A stretch of DNA of 62,463 bases from Acidobacteriota bacterium (GTDB lineage Bacteria; Acidobacteriota; Thermoanaerobaculia; UBA5066; Gp7-AA6): assembly GCA_046724475.1 (NCBI GenBank), contig JBKOVK010000013.1, positions 1-62,463 on the forward strand, written 5' to 3'. The notes under the pieces are model-generated. The model searched no databases and was not told the DNA's origin. It was given only the letters and a program-made list of their open reading frames with translations. Positions 1 through 9,292 of the stretch are shown here, one piece after another. Position 1 is the stretch's first letter, and every line of letters begins with the position of its first letter. Both the position numbers and the translations under genes were made by a program.

Positions 1-1469
1 GGGTTGGACGTGTTGGTGCACGACGTGATCGCCGCGATCAGCACGTCTCCGTGGCCGACGTCCACCTGGATCGGCGCCTGGACCTCGAGCGTCTCGACGT
101 TGGGTGTGGGCCGGTTGTTCGCCATCTCCGACTCGGTCCAGACGTTGATGTCCTCTCTTCGGGCCTTCTCGAAGGCCGGGGGCCGCACGCTGCCGCCTCC
201 CGGCATCGCGCGGCCCAGCCTCGCCGGAAAGCGGCGAGAGAGCTCGGCTGGGTCTTTTCCATAGCCGCTTTCCGAAGCCGGGGCCATGAACAGGTTCCGA
301 AACGTCTGCTTCAGCTCGGGCAGCTCGATGCGGTCCTGAGGCCGGCGTGGCCCCGACACGCTCGGCGAGACCTTCGCGAGATCGAGATGCAGGATTTCGC
401 TGTAGTCGCAGTCTCCCTCGCGGGGGATGCCGAACATTCCCTGCGCCTTGTAATACGCGCGGAACGCGTCCACGTGCTCGCGACTGCGGCCGGTGGAAAG
501 GAGGTAGCGACAGGTCTCCTCGTCGATCGGGAAGTAGCCCATCGTCGCGCCGTACTCCGGAGCCATGTTGGCGACCGTCGCCCGGTCGGTGACCGGGAGC
601 GACGCCGCGCCCTCCCCGAAGAACTCGACGAACTTTCCGACGACCTTCGCGCGCCGGAGCATCTCGGTCACGACGAGCACGAGGTCCGTCGCCGTCACAC
701 CCTCGCCGAGCTTGCCCGACAGGCGCACGCCCACGACGTCGGGCGTCAGGAAGTACACGGGCTGGCCGAGCATTCCCGCCTCGGCCTCGATGCCGCCCAC
801 ACCCCAGCCCACGATGCCGAGTCCGTTGATCATCGTCGTGTGGGAGTCGGTTCCCACCAGCGAGTCGGGGTAGTAGACGCCGTTCTCGACGAAGACGCCG
901 CGCGCCAGGTATTCGAGGTTGACCTGGTGCACGATGCCGATGCCGGGCGGGACGACCTCGAAGCCCTGGAACGCCTGCATGCCCCACTTCAGGAACTCGT
1001 AGCGGGCGCGGTTGCGGCGAAACTCGATTTCCATGTTCATCCGCAGGGCGTCCGGGGTGTTCCACTCGTCGACCTGGACCGAGTGGTCCACGACCAGGGC
1101 GACGGGCACGAGGGGCTCGATGCGTTTGGGATCCCGCTGGAGACGGGCGACGGCCGAGCGCATGGCCGCCAGGTCCACGAGAAGCGGCACGCCCGTGAAG
1201 TCCTGCAGGAGGATTCGGGCCACGACGAAGGGGATCTCGGCGGTGCGCTCGCCGCGCGGCTTCCACGTGGCGAGGGCGCGGACGTCGTCTTCCTTGACCC
1301 GTTTGCCGTCGCAGTTGCGGAGGAGCGATTCCAGCACGATGCGAATGCAGACCGGGAGCCGGGAGACCTCCCCGAGGCCCTCTTTCTCGAGCTGCGGGAG
1401 GGAATAGAGAGCGCCGGTCGATCCGCCCGGCAGGGAAAACGGCTGGCGCGCGCGCGCGGAGAAGCTCAT
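1..1469 (-). CDS. acnA: aconitate hydratase (AcnA-type), N-terminal ~489 codons only; the rest lies beyond the window start
   Basis: Absent from the ORF track because the frame has no stop in the window. Reverse-strand ATG (cat at 1467-1469) opens a stop-free frame to position 1. My translation reads [32 protein letters not shown]...VVDHSVQVD...[32 protein letters not shown]...ITSCTNTSN, which are classic aconitase motifs. Confidence 0.9.
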   Translation of the reverse strand, partial: MSFSARARQPFSLPGGSTGALYSLPQLEKEGLGEVSRLPVCIRIVLESLLRNCDGKRVKEDDVRALATWKPRGERTAEIPFVVARILLQDFTGVPLLVDLAAMRSAVARLQRDPKRIEPLVPVALVVDHSVQVDEWNTPDALRMNMEIEFRRNRARYEFLKWGMQAFQGFEVVPPGIGIVHQVNLEYLARGVFVENGVYYPDSLVGTDSHTTMINGLGIVGWGVGGIEAEAGMLGQPVYFLTPDVVGVRLSGKLGEGVTATDLVLVVTEMLRRAKVVGKFVEFFGEGAASLPVTDRATVANMAPEYGATMGYFPIDEETCRYLLSTGRSREHVDAFRAYYKAQGMFGIPREGDCDYSEILHLDLAKVSPSVSGPRRPQDRIELPELKQTFRNLFMAPASESGYGKDPAELSRRFPARLGRAMPGGGSVRPPAFEKARREDINVWTESEMANNRPTPNVETLEVQAPIQVDVGHGDVLIAAITSCTNTSN

Positions 1470-1519
1470 CGCCGGTATCGTATTCCACGCGACAGCGGCT
1501 GATAAACTCCCTCTCTCCG

Positions 1520-2329
1520 ATGGGACCGCACGTTCTGGGCTGGCTCGCGGTCGCCTGCTATTGCGGCGCCGAGGCCGTAGCGACCGTTTCCCTGGTGCGC
1601 GGCCGCGGCACTCTCTACCGCCTCGCGCCCGTGCTGGTCGCGGCAGGGCTGGTTCTCCACTTCATGGACCTGATGCAGCGAGCGCGCGCACTCCATTCCG
1701 TTCCCTACCGCACGCTCGGCGGGTCGGTCTCGTTCTTCGGCTGGATGCTCGGGATCGCGTACCTCTTTTTGCTGCTCCGCCACCGCGAGCGCGCGACGGG
1801 GCCGTTTCTCATCCCGTTCATCATTCTCGCTACGGCGGTGGGTCTCATGCTCCCGGACGCCGCGGCCGCTCCCGGGCAGGGTCTCCACGGCTCCGTGTTC
1901 GCCCTTCACGTCACTCTGGCGATCCTGGCCTACGCGGCGTTCGCGCTGTCCTTCGTCCTCTCGGTGCTGTACCTCGTGCAGAGCCGCCAGCTTCGCCGCA
2001 GGCAGACCGGGCTCCTCTTCTCCCGTCTGCCGCCTCTGGACGTCATCGCGCGACTCAATCGCACCAGCGTCACCGTCGGGCTCGCGGTGCTCACATTCTC
2101 GCTGATCCTCGGGATCTTCTGGGCGGAGAAGGTCTGGCCGAGCATCGCGGATCCCAAGGTCGTGTGGGCCGTGATCACGCTCGGTGTCTACGGCTTCCTG
2201 CTATGGATGGATCGACGCGGATGGGAGGGGCCGCGCGTGGCCGTGCTGTCGATCCTCGGATTCGGCGTCGTCCTCTTCTCCTACACCGTGGTCAACCTCT
2301 ACTTCAGCCAGGCGCACAGCTTCCGATGA
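1520..2329 (+). CDS. HemX/CcsA-like cytochrome c assembly family membrane protein
   Basis: 269-aa ORF with about 8 hydrophobic segments. Degenerate CcsA-like C-terminal region ([30 protein letters not shown]). Sits directly before hemA with an ATGA stop/start overlap, as hemX does in Bacillus-type hem operons. Confidence 0.7.
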   Translation: MGPHVLGWLAVACYCGAEAVATVSLVRGRGTLYRLAPVLVAAGLVLHFMDLMQRARALHSVPYRTLGGSVSFFGWMLGIAYLFLLLRHRERATGPFLIPFIILATAVGLMLPDAAAAPGQGLHGSVFALHVTLAILAYAAFALSFVLSVLYLVQSRQLRRRQTGLLFSRLPPLDVIARLNRTSVTVGLAVLTFSLILGIFWAEKVWPSIADPKVVWAVITLGVYGFLLWMDRRGWEGPRVAVLSILGFGVVLFSYTVVNLYFSQAHSFR

Positions 2330-3588
2330 GCGCCGGCGAAGCCCGACTCCTGCTGCTGGGTTGGAGCCTCCGCGGAGGCACCAGCAGCCTGTCGCTGCGC
2401 GAGCGCATCGCTTTCTCGGCCGACGAGACGAAGGAGGCGTTGAACCGCATCCGCGACCAGGGCCTGGTGCGTGAGGGCGTCATCGTCGCGACCTGTCACC
2501 GCAGCGAGATCTACGGCGTCGCCGACGGCGACGCGCCGCGTGAGCAGATCGCCGCGCTGATCTCGGAGTGGCGGGGATTGGATCCGGCCGAGCTCGCCGG
2601 GTCGAGCTTCTATCGCGAGGGCGCCGACGCCGCCCGGCACCTGTTCCGCGTCGCGGCGGGGCTGGACTCGATGGCCCTGGGAGAAAGCGAGGTCCTGGGG
2701 CAAGTGCGCTCCGCGTTGCGCGTGGCCCGCGAGGCGAACGCCACGCGCGCCGTCCTCCACCGCATGTTCGAGAGCGCGGTGGCGGCGGGAAAGCGCGTGC
2801 GGACCGAGACGGAGATCGCACGGCACCCTCTCTCGGTGCCTTCGATCGGAATGGAGCTGGCGAGGAAGGTCTTCGGACGCATGTCCGAGCACACACTGCT
2901 CGTCCTGGGCGCGGGAGAGACCAGCGCGCTCTTCGCCGAGCAGGCCGTCGAGGCCGGCGTCGCCCGCGTCCTCGTCGCCAACCGGAGCCCGGAGAAAGGC
3001 GAGGCGCTGGCCTCGCGCATCGGCGCCACCGCGGTCGACTGGAACGCGGTCCCCGTCACACTCTCGGAAGCCGACGTCGTCGTCGGAGCCACGGCCAGCC
3101 CCGAGCCCGTCGTGCGGCGCGCCGACGTCGAGGCGGCGATGCGCGCGCGGCGCGGTCGCCCGATGTTCTTCCTCGACCTCGCGATCCCGCGCGACGTCGA
3201 GCCGTCGGTCGCCGAGGTCTATAACGTCTATGCCTACGGGCTGGACGATCTCGAGGGCGTCGCGGCGGAGAACCGGCGCCGGCGGGCCCGCGAGATTCCC
3301 GTGGCCGAGGCGATCCTGGAGGAAGAGCTCGCGCGCTTTCTCAACTGGTTCGGGAATCTGGCCGTCGTGCCGACGCTCTCGGACCTGCAGGGGCGGCTCG
3401 CGTCTCTCCGCGACGCGGAGCTGGCGCGGATCCCGGCCGAAGAGCGGGAACGGTTCCGCGCGTTCGCGGACGCGATCGCGAACAAGCTCCTCCACGAGCC
3501 ATTGCGGCGCCTGAAGGCCGAGCCGGACGCGTCGCGCAAGCTCGACCGCGTCGAGGCCATCCGCCACCTCTTCCACCTGGACGAATGA
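2326..3588 (+). CDS. hemA: glutamyl-tRNA reductase
   Basis: Internal ATG at 2326 within the long 1561..3588 frame. Product [31 protein letters not shown]...VATCHRSEIY...LGESEVLGQV...LVLGAGETS is the typical HemA pattern (420 aa). The upstream part of the long ORF is an off-frame overlap with hemX. Confidence 0.93.
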   Translation: MSAGEARLLLLGWSLRGGTSSLSLRERIAFSADETKEALNRIRDQGLVREGVIVATCHRSEIYGVADGDAPREQIAALISEWRGLDPAELAGSSFYREGADAARHLFRVAAGLDSMALGESEVLGQVRSALRVAREANATRAVLHRMFESAVAAGKRVRTETEIARHPLSVPSIGMELARKVFGRMSEHTLLVLGAGETSALFAEQAVEAGVARVLVANRSPEKGEALASRIGATAVDWNAVPVTLSEADVVVGATASPEPVVRRADVEAAMRARRGRPMFFLDLAIPRDVEPSVAEVYNVYAYGLDDLEGVAAENRRRRAREIPVAEAILEEELARFLNWFGNLAVVPTLSDLQGRLASLRDAELARIPAEERERFRAFADAIANKLLHEPLRRLKAEPDASRKLDRVEAIRHLFHLDE

Positions 3589-4490
3589 GACTGCGGCTGG
3601 GCGCACGCGGGAGCGCCCTCTCCCTCGCGCAGGCCGCCCTCGCGGAGCGGGCTCTCGCGCCCCACGCCGAAGTCGAGCGGGTCCTCGTGCGGACGACGGG
3701 CGACCGGCGGTCGGCGCGCGGCGAGCCGATCGGGTGGAAGGGCGACTTCACGAAGGAAATCGACGAGGCGCTTCTGTCGGGACGGATCGACCTGGCCGTG
3801 CACAGCCTGAAGGACGTCCCGTCGCTCCTTCCGGAAGGGCTCGCGCTGGCGGCCGTGCCCGAGCGGGAAGACCCGCGCGACGTCCTCGTGTCGAAGTCGC
3901 GGCTGCCGCTGCTGGGGCTGCCGAAAGGCGCGCGCGTCGGCACGTCGAGCCCGCGCCGCCGCGCCCAGCTTCGAAGGGCGCGCGCAGACCTCGAGGTCGT
4001 CGACGCGCGGGGCAACGTGGATACCAGGCTGAAAAGAGTGGCCGAAGGGAAGTGGGACGCGGTGGTCCTCGCGCGGGCCGGGCTCGCGCGCCTGGGCCGT
4101 CTCGAGGAGATCGTCGAGACGTTCCCGGAGGAGGTACTCCTCCCGGCTCCGGGCCAGGGCGCCCTGGCGATCGTGACGCGCGCCGACGACGCCGAGGTCC
4201 GAGCTCTCGCGCAGCGACTCGACGATGCCGCGTCGCACGCCGAAGTCCTGGCCGAGCGGGGGCTGCTCGCGCGTCTGGAGGCCGGATGCCGGGCGCCGCT
4301 CGCCGCGCGCGCGAAGGCGCGGGGTGGCGCTCTGGTGCTCACCGCCGGCGTGTTCTCCGACGACGGATCCTCGGCGATCCTGGAGACCGGCGAGGGACCG
4401 GTCGAGGCCGCCGAGCAGCTCGGACGCGAAATCGCCGAGAAGCTGCTCGCCCGCGGCGCGGCCGACCTGATCGAGGCGGACGGGGCATGA
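3585..4490 (+). CDS. hemC: hydroxymethylbilane synthase (porphobilinogen deaminase)
   Basis: 301 aa. MRLRLGARGSALSLAQA...GDFTKEIDEALLSGRIDLAVHSLKDVP...GTSSPRRRAQL are HemC signatures. ATGA overlap with hemA. Confidence 0.93.
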   Translation: MRLRLGARGSALSLAQAALAERALAPHAEVERVLVRTTGDRRSARGEPIGWKGDFTKEIDEALLSGRIDLAVHSLKDVPSLLPEGLALAAVPEREDPRDVLVSKSRLPLLGLPKGARVGTSSPRRRAQLRRARADLEVVDARGNVDTRLKRVAEGKWDAVVLARAGLARLGRLEEIVETFPEEVLLPAPGQGALAIVTRADDAEVRALAQRLDDAASHAEVLAERGLLARLEAGCRAPLAARAKARGGALVLTAGVFSDDGSSAILETGEGPVEAAEQLGREIAEKLLARGAADLIEADGA

Positions 4491-5209
4491 GCCCGGCCGT
4501 TCTCGTGGTGCGGTCGGGGTCGAAACCGTTTCCGCCCATGGCCGGGATCACCTTGCGCGAGCTCGTCAGCCACACGATCGCTTCGATTTCTCCGCCGCCC
4601 GGCCCATTCGACGGCTCGCCGGATTTCGTCGTGTTCACGAGCCAGCCGGCGGTCACCCGGGTCGCGAACGATCCGCTCCTGGCGCGAGTCCTGGCCGCGT
4701 CCCGCGTTGCCGCGGTCGGCTCGGCCACGGCGAATGCCCTTCGCCGGAAGGGTGTCGAGCCCGCAGTCGTCGCCTCGGGTTCGGCCGAGTCTTTCCTGGC
4801 AGTCCTGCCGCAGAAGCTGCAGGGAAAGCGGGTTCTCTTGCCGTGCGCGGAAGATGCCGGGCAGGCGCTGCCGCGCGCCCTGACGAACCGCGGAGCGACG
4901 GTCGAACGTGTCGTGGTGTACCGCAAGGATCCCTGCCGCTTCGATCCGGGCGTCAGCGAGGAGCTTCTGGATCGGCCGGTCGGGGCCTTCTGCGCGACCG
5001 CGCCCTCGGCGGCGTCATGGCTCTTCGGAGGGCTCTCGCAGGAGGCGGCACGGCTCCTGCGGACGACTCCGTGCGTCGCGCTCGGTCCGGCGACGCGCCA
5101 TCGCCTCGAATCCCTCGGCGTCTACTCCGTCCGCGTTGCGGAGCCGGCCACCTTCGAAGCCGCGGCCCGGCTGCTCGAGGCGCTTGCGGCCGCGCCGACG
5201 CAGAAATAG
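4487..5209 (+). CDS. hemD: uroporphyrinogen-III synthase
   Basis: ATG at 4487 (ATGA overlap with the hemC stop), 240 aa. HemD-like two-lobe pattern (FTSQPAV..., AVGSATANAL...) and the conserved position between hemC and hemB. Confidence 0.8.
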   Translation: MSPAVLVVRSGSKPFPPMAGITLRELVSHTIASISPPPGPFDGSPDFVVFTSQPAVTRVANDPLLARVLAASRVAAVGSATANALRRKGVEPAVVASGSAESFLAVLPQKLQGKRVLLPCAEDAGQALPRALTNRGATVERVVVYRKDPCRFDPGVSEELLDRPVGAFCATAPSAASWLFGGLSQEAARLLRTTPCVALGPATRHRLESLGVYSVRVAEPATFEAAARLLEALAAAPTQK

Positions 5210-5221
5210 GCTGCCTCGACC

Positions 5222-6214
5222 ATGGCCGGGTTTCCGATCGTCCGTCTTCGCCGCCTGCGCCGCAGCGCGGGCTCCCGGGCGCTCGTGCGGGAGACCCGGC
5301 TTTCACCGGACCGGTTCGTGGCGCCCTTCTTCATTCGGCGCGGAGCCGGCCTGCGCGAGGAGATCGGCTCGCTCCCCGGTGTTTTCCGGCTTTCCCCCGA
5401 CCTCGCTCTCCGGGAAGCCGAACAGCTCTCCTACCTCGGGATTCCTGCCGTGATCCTCTTCGGCATCCCCGACCGAAAGGACGAGACCGGCTCGGAGGCA
5501 TGGGACGACGCCGCCGCCGTCCAGCAGACCGTCAAGCTCCTGAAGAAGGAGTTGCCGCACCTGGTCGTCATGACCGACGTCTGCCTCGACGAATACACGT
5601 CGCACGGGCATTGCGGCGTGGTGCGCGACGGACGCGTGGACAACGACGCCACCCTTCCGCTCCTCGCGCGGACCGCCGTGTCGCACGCCCGTGCCGGCGC
5701 CGACGTCGTGGCCCCCTCCGACATGATGGATGGACGGGTCGCCGCGATTCGCAGAGGCCTGGACGAGGCCGGGTTCCTCGATACCGCGATCCTGGCGTAT
5801 GCCGCGAAGGCGGCGTCAGCGTTCTACGGTCCGTTCCGCGAGGCCGCGGACTCGGCGCCGAAGTTCGGAGACCGGCGCGACTACCAGATGGACGGCGCAA
5901 ACCGCCGAGAGGCCATGCGCGAGATCGCTCTGGACCTCGAGGAGGGCGCCGACGCCGTGATGGTCAAGCCCGCCCTCGCCTATCTCGACTGGATCCGCGA
6001 GGCACGGGCCCGCTTCGACGTTCCGATCGCGGCCTACAACGTCTCCGGCGAATACGCGATGGTCAAGGCCGCCGCTGCGCGCGAATGGATCGACGAGAGG
6101 CGCATCGTGCTGGAGATCCTGACCGGCATCATCCGGGCCGGCGCGGACTTCGTGCTGACGTACCACGCGGCCGACGCCGCGCGGTGGCTGCGCGAAGGCC
6201 ACTCGACGTCGTGA
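5222..6214 (+). CDS. hemB: porphobilinogen synthase (delta-aminolevulinate dehydratase)
   Basis: 330 aa. RLRRLRRS...LVRETRLSPDRFVAPFFI...DVCLDEYTSHGHCG...VAPSDMMDGRV...MVKPALAYLD...YNVSGEYAM is the typical HemB pattern. Confidence 0.95.
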   Translation: MAGFPIVRLRRLRRSAGSRALVRETRLSPDRFVAPFFIRRGAGLREEIGSLPGVFRLSPDLALREAEQLSYLGIPAVILFGIPDRKDETGSEAWDDAAAVQQTVKLLKKELPHLVVMTDVCLDEYTSHGHCGVVRDGRVDNDATLPLLARTAVSHARAGADVVAPSDMMDGRVAAIRRGLDEAGFLDTAILAYAAKAASAFYGPFREAADSAPKFGDRRDYQMDGANRREAMREIALDLEEGADAVMVKPALAYLDWIREARARFDVPIAAYNVSGEYAMVKAAAAREWIDERRIVLEILTGIIRAGADFVLTYHAADAARWLREGHSTS

Positions 6215-7530
6215 AGGATCCGCGCAAGGCGCGCGGCGGGGCGCGCTCGGCGGCGCTCTTTCGCCGCGCGCGCAAGGTCATCCCCGGCGGCGTGAACTCC
6301 CCGGTGCGGTCGTTCGCCTCGGTCGGCGGCGAGCCCTTCTTCGTCGCGGCGGGGAGGGGCTGCCGCGTCCGCGACGCCGACGGACGCTCTTACATCGACT
6401 ACGTGATGTCGTACGGCCCGCATCTCTTCGGCCACGTTCCCGCCTTCCTCCAGCGCGCCCTGTCGAGGGCGATGCGGCGCGGCACTTCCTATGGCGCGCC
6501 GACCGAGCTCGAGGTGCGGCTCGCGGAGAGGGTGGCCGAGATGGTTCCGTCGATCGAAGTCCTGCGCCTCGTCAGCTCAGGCACGGAGGCCACGATGAGC
6601 GCGGCCAGGCTCGCGCGCGCCGCGACCGGCCGTAAGCGTCTCGTCAAGACCGAGGGCGGGTATCACGGCCACGCCGATTCGTTCCTGGTATCGGCGGGCT
6701 CGGGCGTGGCTACGCTGGGAATCGCGGGCAGCCCCGGCGTCCCCGAGGAGCTCGCGGCGCTGACGACCGTCGTGCCGTACAACGACGTGGAGGCGCTCGA
6801 GGCCGTTTTTACGACGTTTCCGGGCGAGATCGCCGCGGTGATCCTCGAGCCCGTCGCGGCCAACATGGGACTGGTCCTGCCGAAACCGGGATATCTCGAG
6901 AGCGTCCGGGAGCGGACGCGCAAGCACGGCGCGCTCCTGATCTTCGACGAGGTCATCACGGGGTTCCGGCTGGCGTCGGGAGGAGCGCAGGCGCTCTTGG
7001 GCGTAACCCCCGATCTGACGACGCTCGGCAAGATCCTCGGAGGCGGCCTGCCGGTGGGCGCATACGGAGGACGCCGCGACCTGATGGAGAAGATGGCGCC
7101 GTCGGGCCCCGTCTACCAGGCGGGTACGCTGTCGGGCAATCCGCTCGCGGTCTCGGCGGGTCTTGCCATGCTCGACGAGCTCCGGCGGCGGCCGCCCTAT
7201 GCGGTTCTGGAGCAAGGGGGAAGCCTCCTCGAGTCGCTCCTGCGCGCTGAGATCGATGCCCGCGGCCTCTCCGACGAGGTCTGCGTCACGCGCCTGGGGT
7301 CTCTGCTGACGCTGTTTTTCACGCCGGGCCCGGCCGTGGATTTCGCGTCCGTGCGCGGAGCGGACACGAAACGCTACGCGGCGTTTTTTCACGCCATGCG
7401 CGAGCGCGGCGTCTTTCTGCCGCCGGCGCAGTTCGAGGCCTGGTTCGTGTCGACGGCGCACGGCGAGCCCGAGATCCGACGGACCGCTCGTGCCGCGGGG
7501 GAGAGCCTCGGCGTCGCGTTCGGCAACTAG
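6211..7530 (+). CDS. hemL: glutamate-1-semialdehyde 2,1-aminomutase
   Basis: GTG at 6211 (GTGA overlap with the hemB stop), 439 aa. LFRRARKVIPGGVNSPVRSF...YGPHLFGH...VSSGTEATMSA...FDEVITGFR...LGKILGGGLPVGAYGG are HemL motifs. Confidence 0.93.
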   Translation: MKDPRKARGGARSAALFRRARKVIPGGVNSPVRSFASVGGEPFFVAAGRGCRVRDADGRSYIDYVMSYGPHLFGHVPAFLQRALSRAMRRGTSYGAPTELEVRLAERVAEMVPSIEVLRLVSSGTEATMSAARLARAATGRKRLVKTEGGYHGHADSFLVSAGSGVATLGIAGSPGVPEELAALTTVVPYNDVEALEAVFTTFPGEIAAVILEPVAANMGLVLPKPGYLESVRERTRKHGALLIFDEVITGFRLASGGAQALLGVTPDLTTLGKILGGGLPVGAYGGRRDLMEKMAPSGPVYQAGTLSGNPLAVSAGLAMLDELRRRPPYAVLEQGGSLLESLLRAEIDARGLSDEVCVTRLGSLLTLFFTPGPAVDFASVRGADTKRYAAFFHAMRERGVFLPPAQFEAWFVSTAHGEPEIRRTARAAGESLGVAFGN

Positions 7531-7533
7531 AAG

Positions 7534-9243
7534 TCAGCTTTCCGGACTTCCCGGGGCCCGGAACCGCCGGAACCCCTCCACCGTCGAGAGCCGCATCTCT
7601 TCGGTCTGGCCGGGAAGCCAGGGCCGCGGCACGCCGAGTCGCTGGATCGCGCGGTCGGCGATCTGAAGAGAGGTCTCGAACTCTTCGGCCACGACCTCAT
7701 CGGCTCCGGCGGCGGAAAACGCCGGGATCTCGGCGATGTAGCGGGCGCGCGCGAGGATGAAAAGTTTCGCGTTGAGCCTCCGGCAGTGCCGGATCGTCTG
7801 CCGCGTCGCCCTGGGATCCGAAAGCAGGACCACCGCTGCCCTCGCGCTTTCGATGCCGTTGCGGCGAAGGACGACGTCGTTGGTCGAGTCGCCGTATTCG
7901 ATCGGCACGCCCTTCTTCATTCCGCGCTTGACGCGGTCGGGATCCAGGTCGATCACCCGAAAGGCGACGCCGGCCTTCTTCAGGACTCGCGCGACGGTCT
8001 CGCCCATATGCCCGAATCCGATGACCAGGACGGTGTTCTCGCCGGGAAGCGGCGGGAAGGATCGCGGAAGACCCGGGGCGCCCCCGGCCACGCGGAAGGC
8101 CACGGCGTGGCTCGCCTCGGAGAGAAACGGGGTGGCGATCATCGTGATGATCGCCGCCGCCAGGAACGTCTGGTAGACCTCGCTCTCGATCAATCCGGAC
8201 AACCGTCCCTGGCGCAGCAGCACGAAGGAGAACTCGCCGATCTGCGCGAGCGACAGGCCGACCACCGTCGCCACGCGGAGGCCGTATCCCAGAGCGAAGA
8301 CCGCGGCCCCGCCGGCGATCGTTTTCCAAACCAGGATGAGGGCGAGGAGAACGCCGACGGGAACCGCCGAGGCGACGACGGTCCGCGCGTCGAAGAGCAT
8401 CCCGATCGAGACGAAGAAGACGGCGCTGAACACGTCGCGAAACGCGGCGACGTCCGCCTGCGCCTGGTGCCCGTACTCGGACTCCGACAGGATCAGGCCG
8501 GCCAGAAACGCTCCGAGCCCGGCCGACAGGCCTGCCCAGGCCGTCGCGATCGAAGAGCCGAGAACGAGGAAGAGGACGGCGACGACGAAGATCTCCTTCT
8601 GCCGCGTACCGGCGAGGGCGCCGATGAAACGCGGCACGAGGAAGCGCGCTGCCACGAACAGAGCAGCGGCGGTGATGGTGGTCTTTCCCGCGGCCGCCAG
8701 CGACGGGACGAGCCCCGAGGACCCCGCTCCGGCCAGGTAGGGAAGGGAGAGCAGCATCGGGACGACCGCGAGATCCTGGAAGATCAGGATCCCGACGAGG
8801 ACTTTCGCGTGCGGCGCGTCGAGCTCCCGCCGGTCCATCAGGAGCTTTAGCACGATGGCCGTGGACGACAGCGCGACGAGGTAGCCGAAGAAGAGGCTCC
8901 GCGAAGCGGGGTATCCAGCCAACGCCGCGACCGCGTAGACGAGCGCGATCGACGCGGCGACCTGTATGGGCCCGGCGACCCAGACGACCTTCCCGAGCCG
9001 GCGCAGGTTCCCCAGCGAGAGCTCGAGGCCGACGGTGAAGAGCAGCAGGACGACGCCGATCTCGGCGAGGATCTCGACGACGTGCACGTCCCGCACGAGA
9101 CCCAGCCCAAACGGACCCAAGATCGCTCCGGACAGAAGAAAGCCGATCAGGGGCGGCTGGCGGAGGCGGTGAAGGACGTAGGCCGTGCCCAGGGCCACCA
9201 GGAAAATCAGGGCCAGGGGCCCGACGAACTCCGGGGCCTGCAT
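7534..9243 (-). CDS. CPA2-family cation:proton antiporter with C-terminal TrkA-N/RCK domain (KefB/KefC-like)
   Basis: ORF 7534..9294. Polytopic N-terminal domain plus VLVIGFGHMGETVARVLKKAGVAFRVIDLDPDRV (Rossmann/RCK). I prefer ATG 9243 (MQAPEFVGPLALIFLV...) because a CATAAT box lies 6 nt upstream; the track start at 9294 is possible. Confidence 0.85.
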   Translation of the reverse strand: MQAPEFVGPLALIFLVALGTAYVLHRLRQPPLIGFLLSGAILGPFGLGLVRDVHVVEILAEIGVVLLLFTVGLELSLGNLRRLGKVVWVAGPIQVAASIALVYAVAALAGYPASRSLFFGYLVALSSTAIVLKLLMDRRELDAPHAKVLVGILIFQDLAVVPMLLSLPYLAGAGSSGLVPSLAAAGKTTITAAALFVAARFLVPRFIGALAGTRQKEIFVVAVLFLVLGSSIATAWAGLSAGLGAFLAGLILSESEYGHQAQADVAAFRDVFSAVFFVSIGMLFDARTVVASAVPVGVLLALILVWKTIAGGAAVFALGYGLRVATVVGLSLAQIGEFSFVLLRQGRLSGLIESEVYQTFLAAAIITMIATPFLSEASHAVAFRVAGGAPGLPRSFPPLPGENTVLVIGFGHMGETVARVLKKAGVAFRVIDLDPDRVKRGMKKGVPIEYGDSTNDVVLRRNGIESARAAVVLLSDPRATRQTIRHCRRLNAKLFILARARYIAEIPAFSAAGADEVVAEEFETSLQIADRAIQRLGVPRPWLPGQTEEMRLSTVEGFRRFRAPGSPES

Positions 9244-9292
9244 TCGAGAATTATGCGCTCCCGGAGTTCTCTGGTAGCCTCCCGGCCACTTC

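Noticed and set aside
51-1502. 483-aa plus-strand ORF (and 347..592, 565..873, 1012..1407) at the left edge
   Set aside because: It is antisense or off-frame to a clearly recognisable aconitase reading frame on the minus strand. The product is Arg/Asp/His/Gly-rich with no motifs, which is typical of high-GC shadow ORFs.
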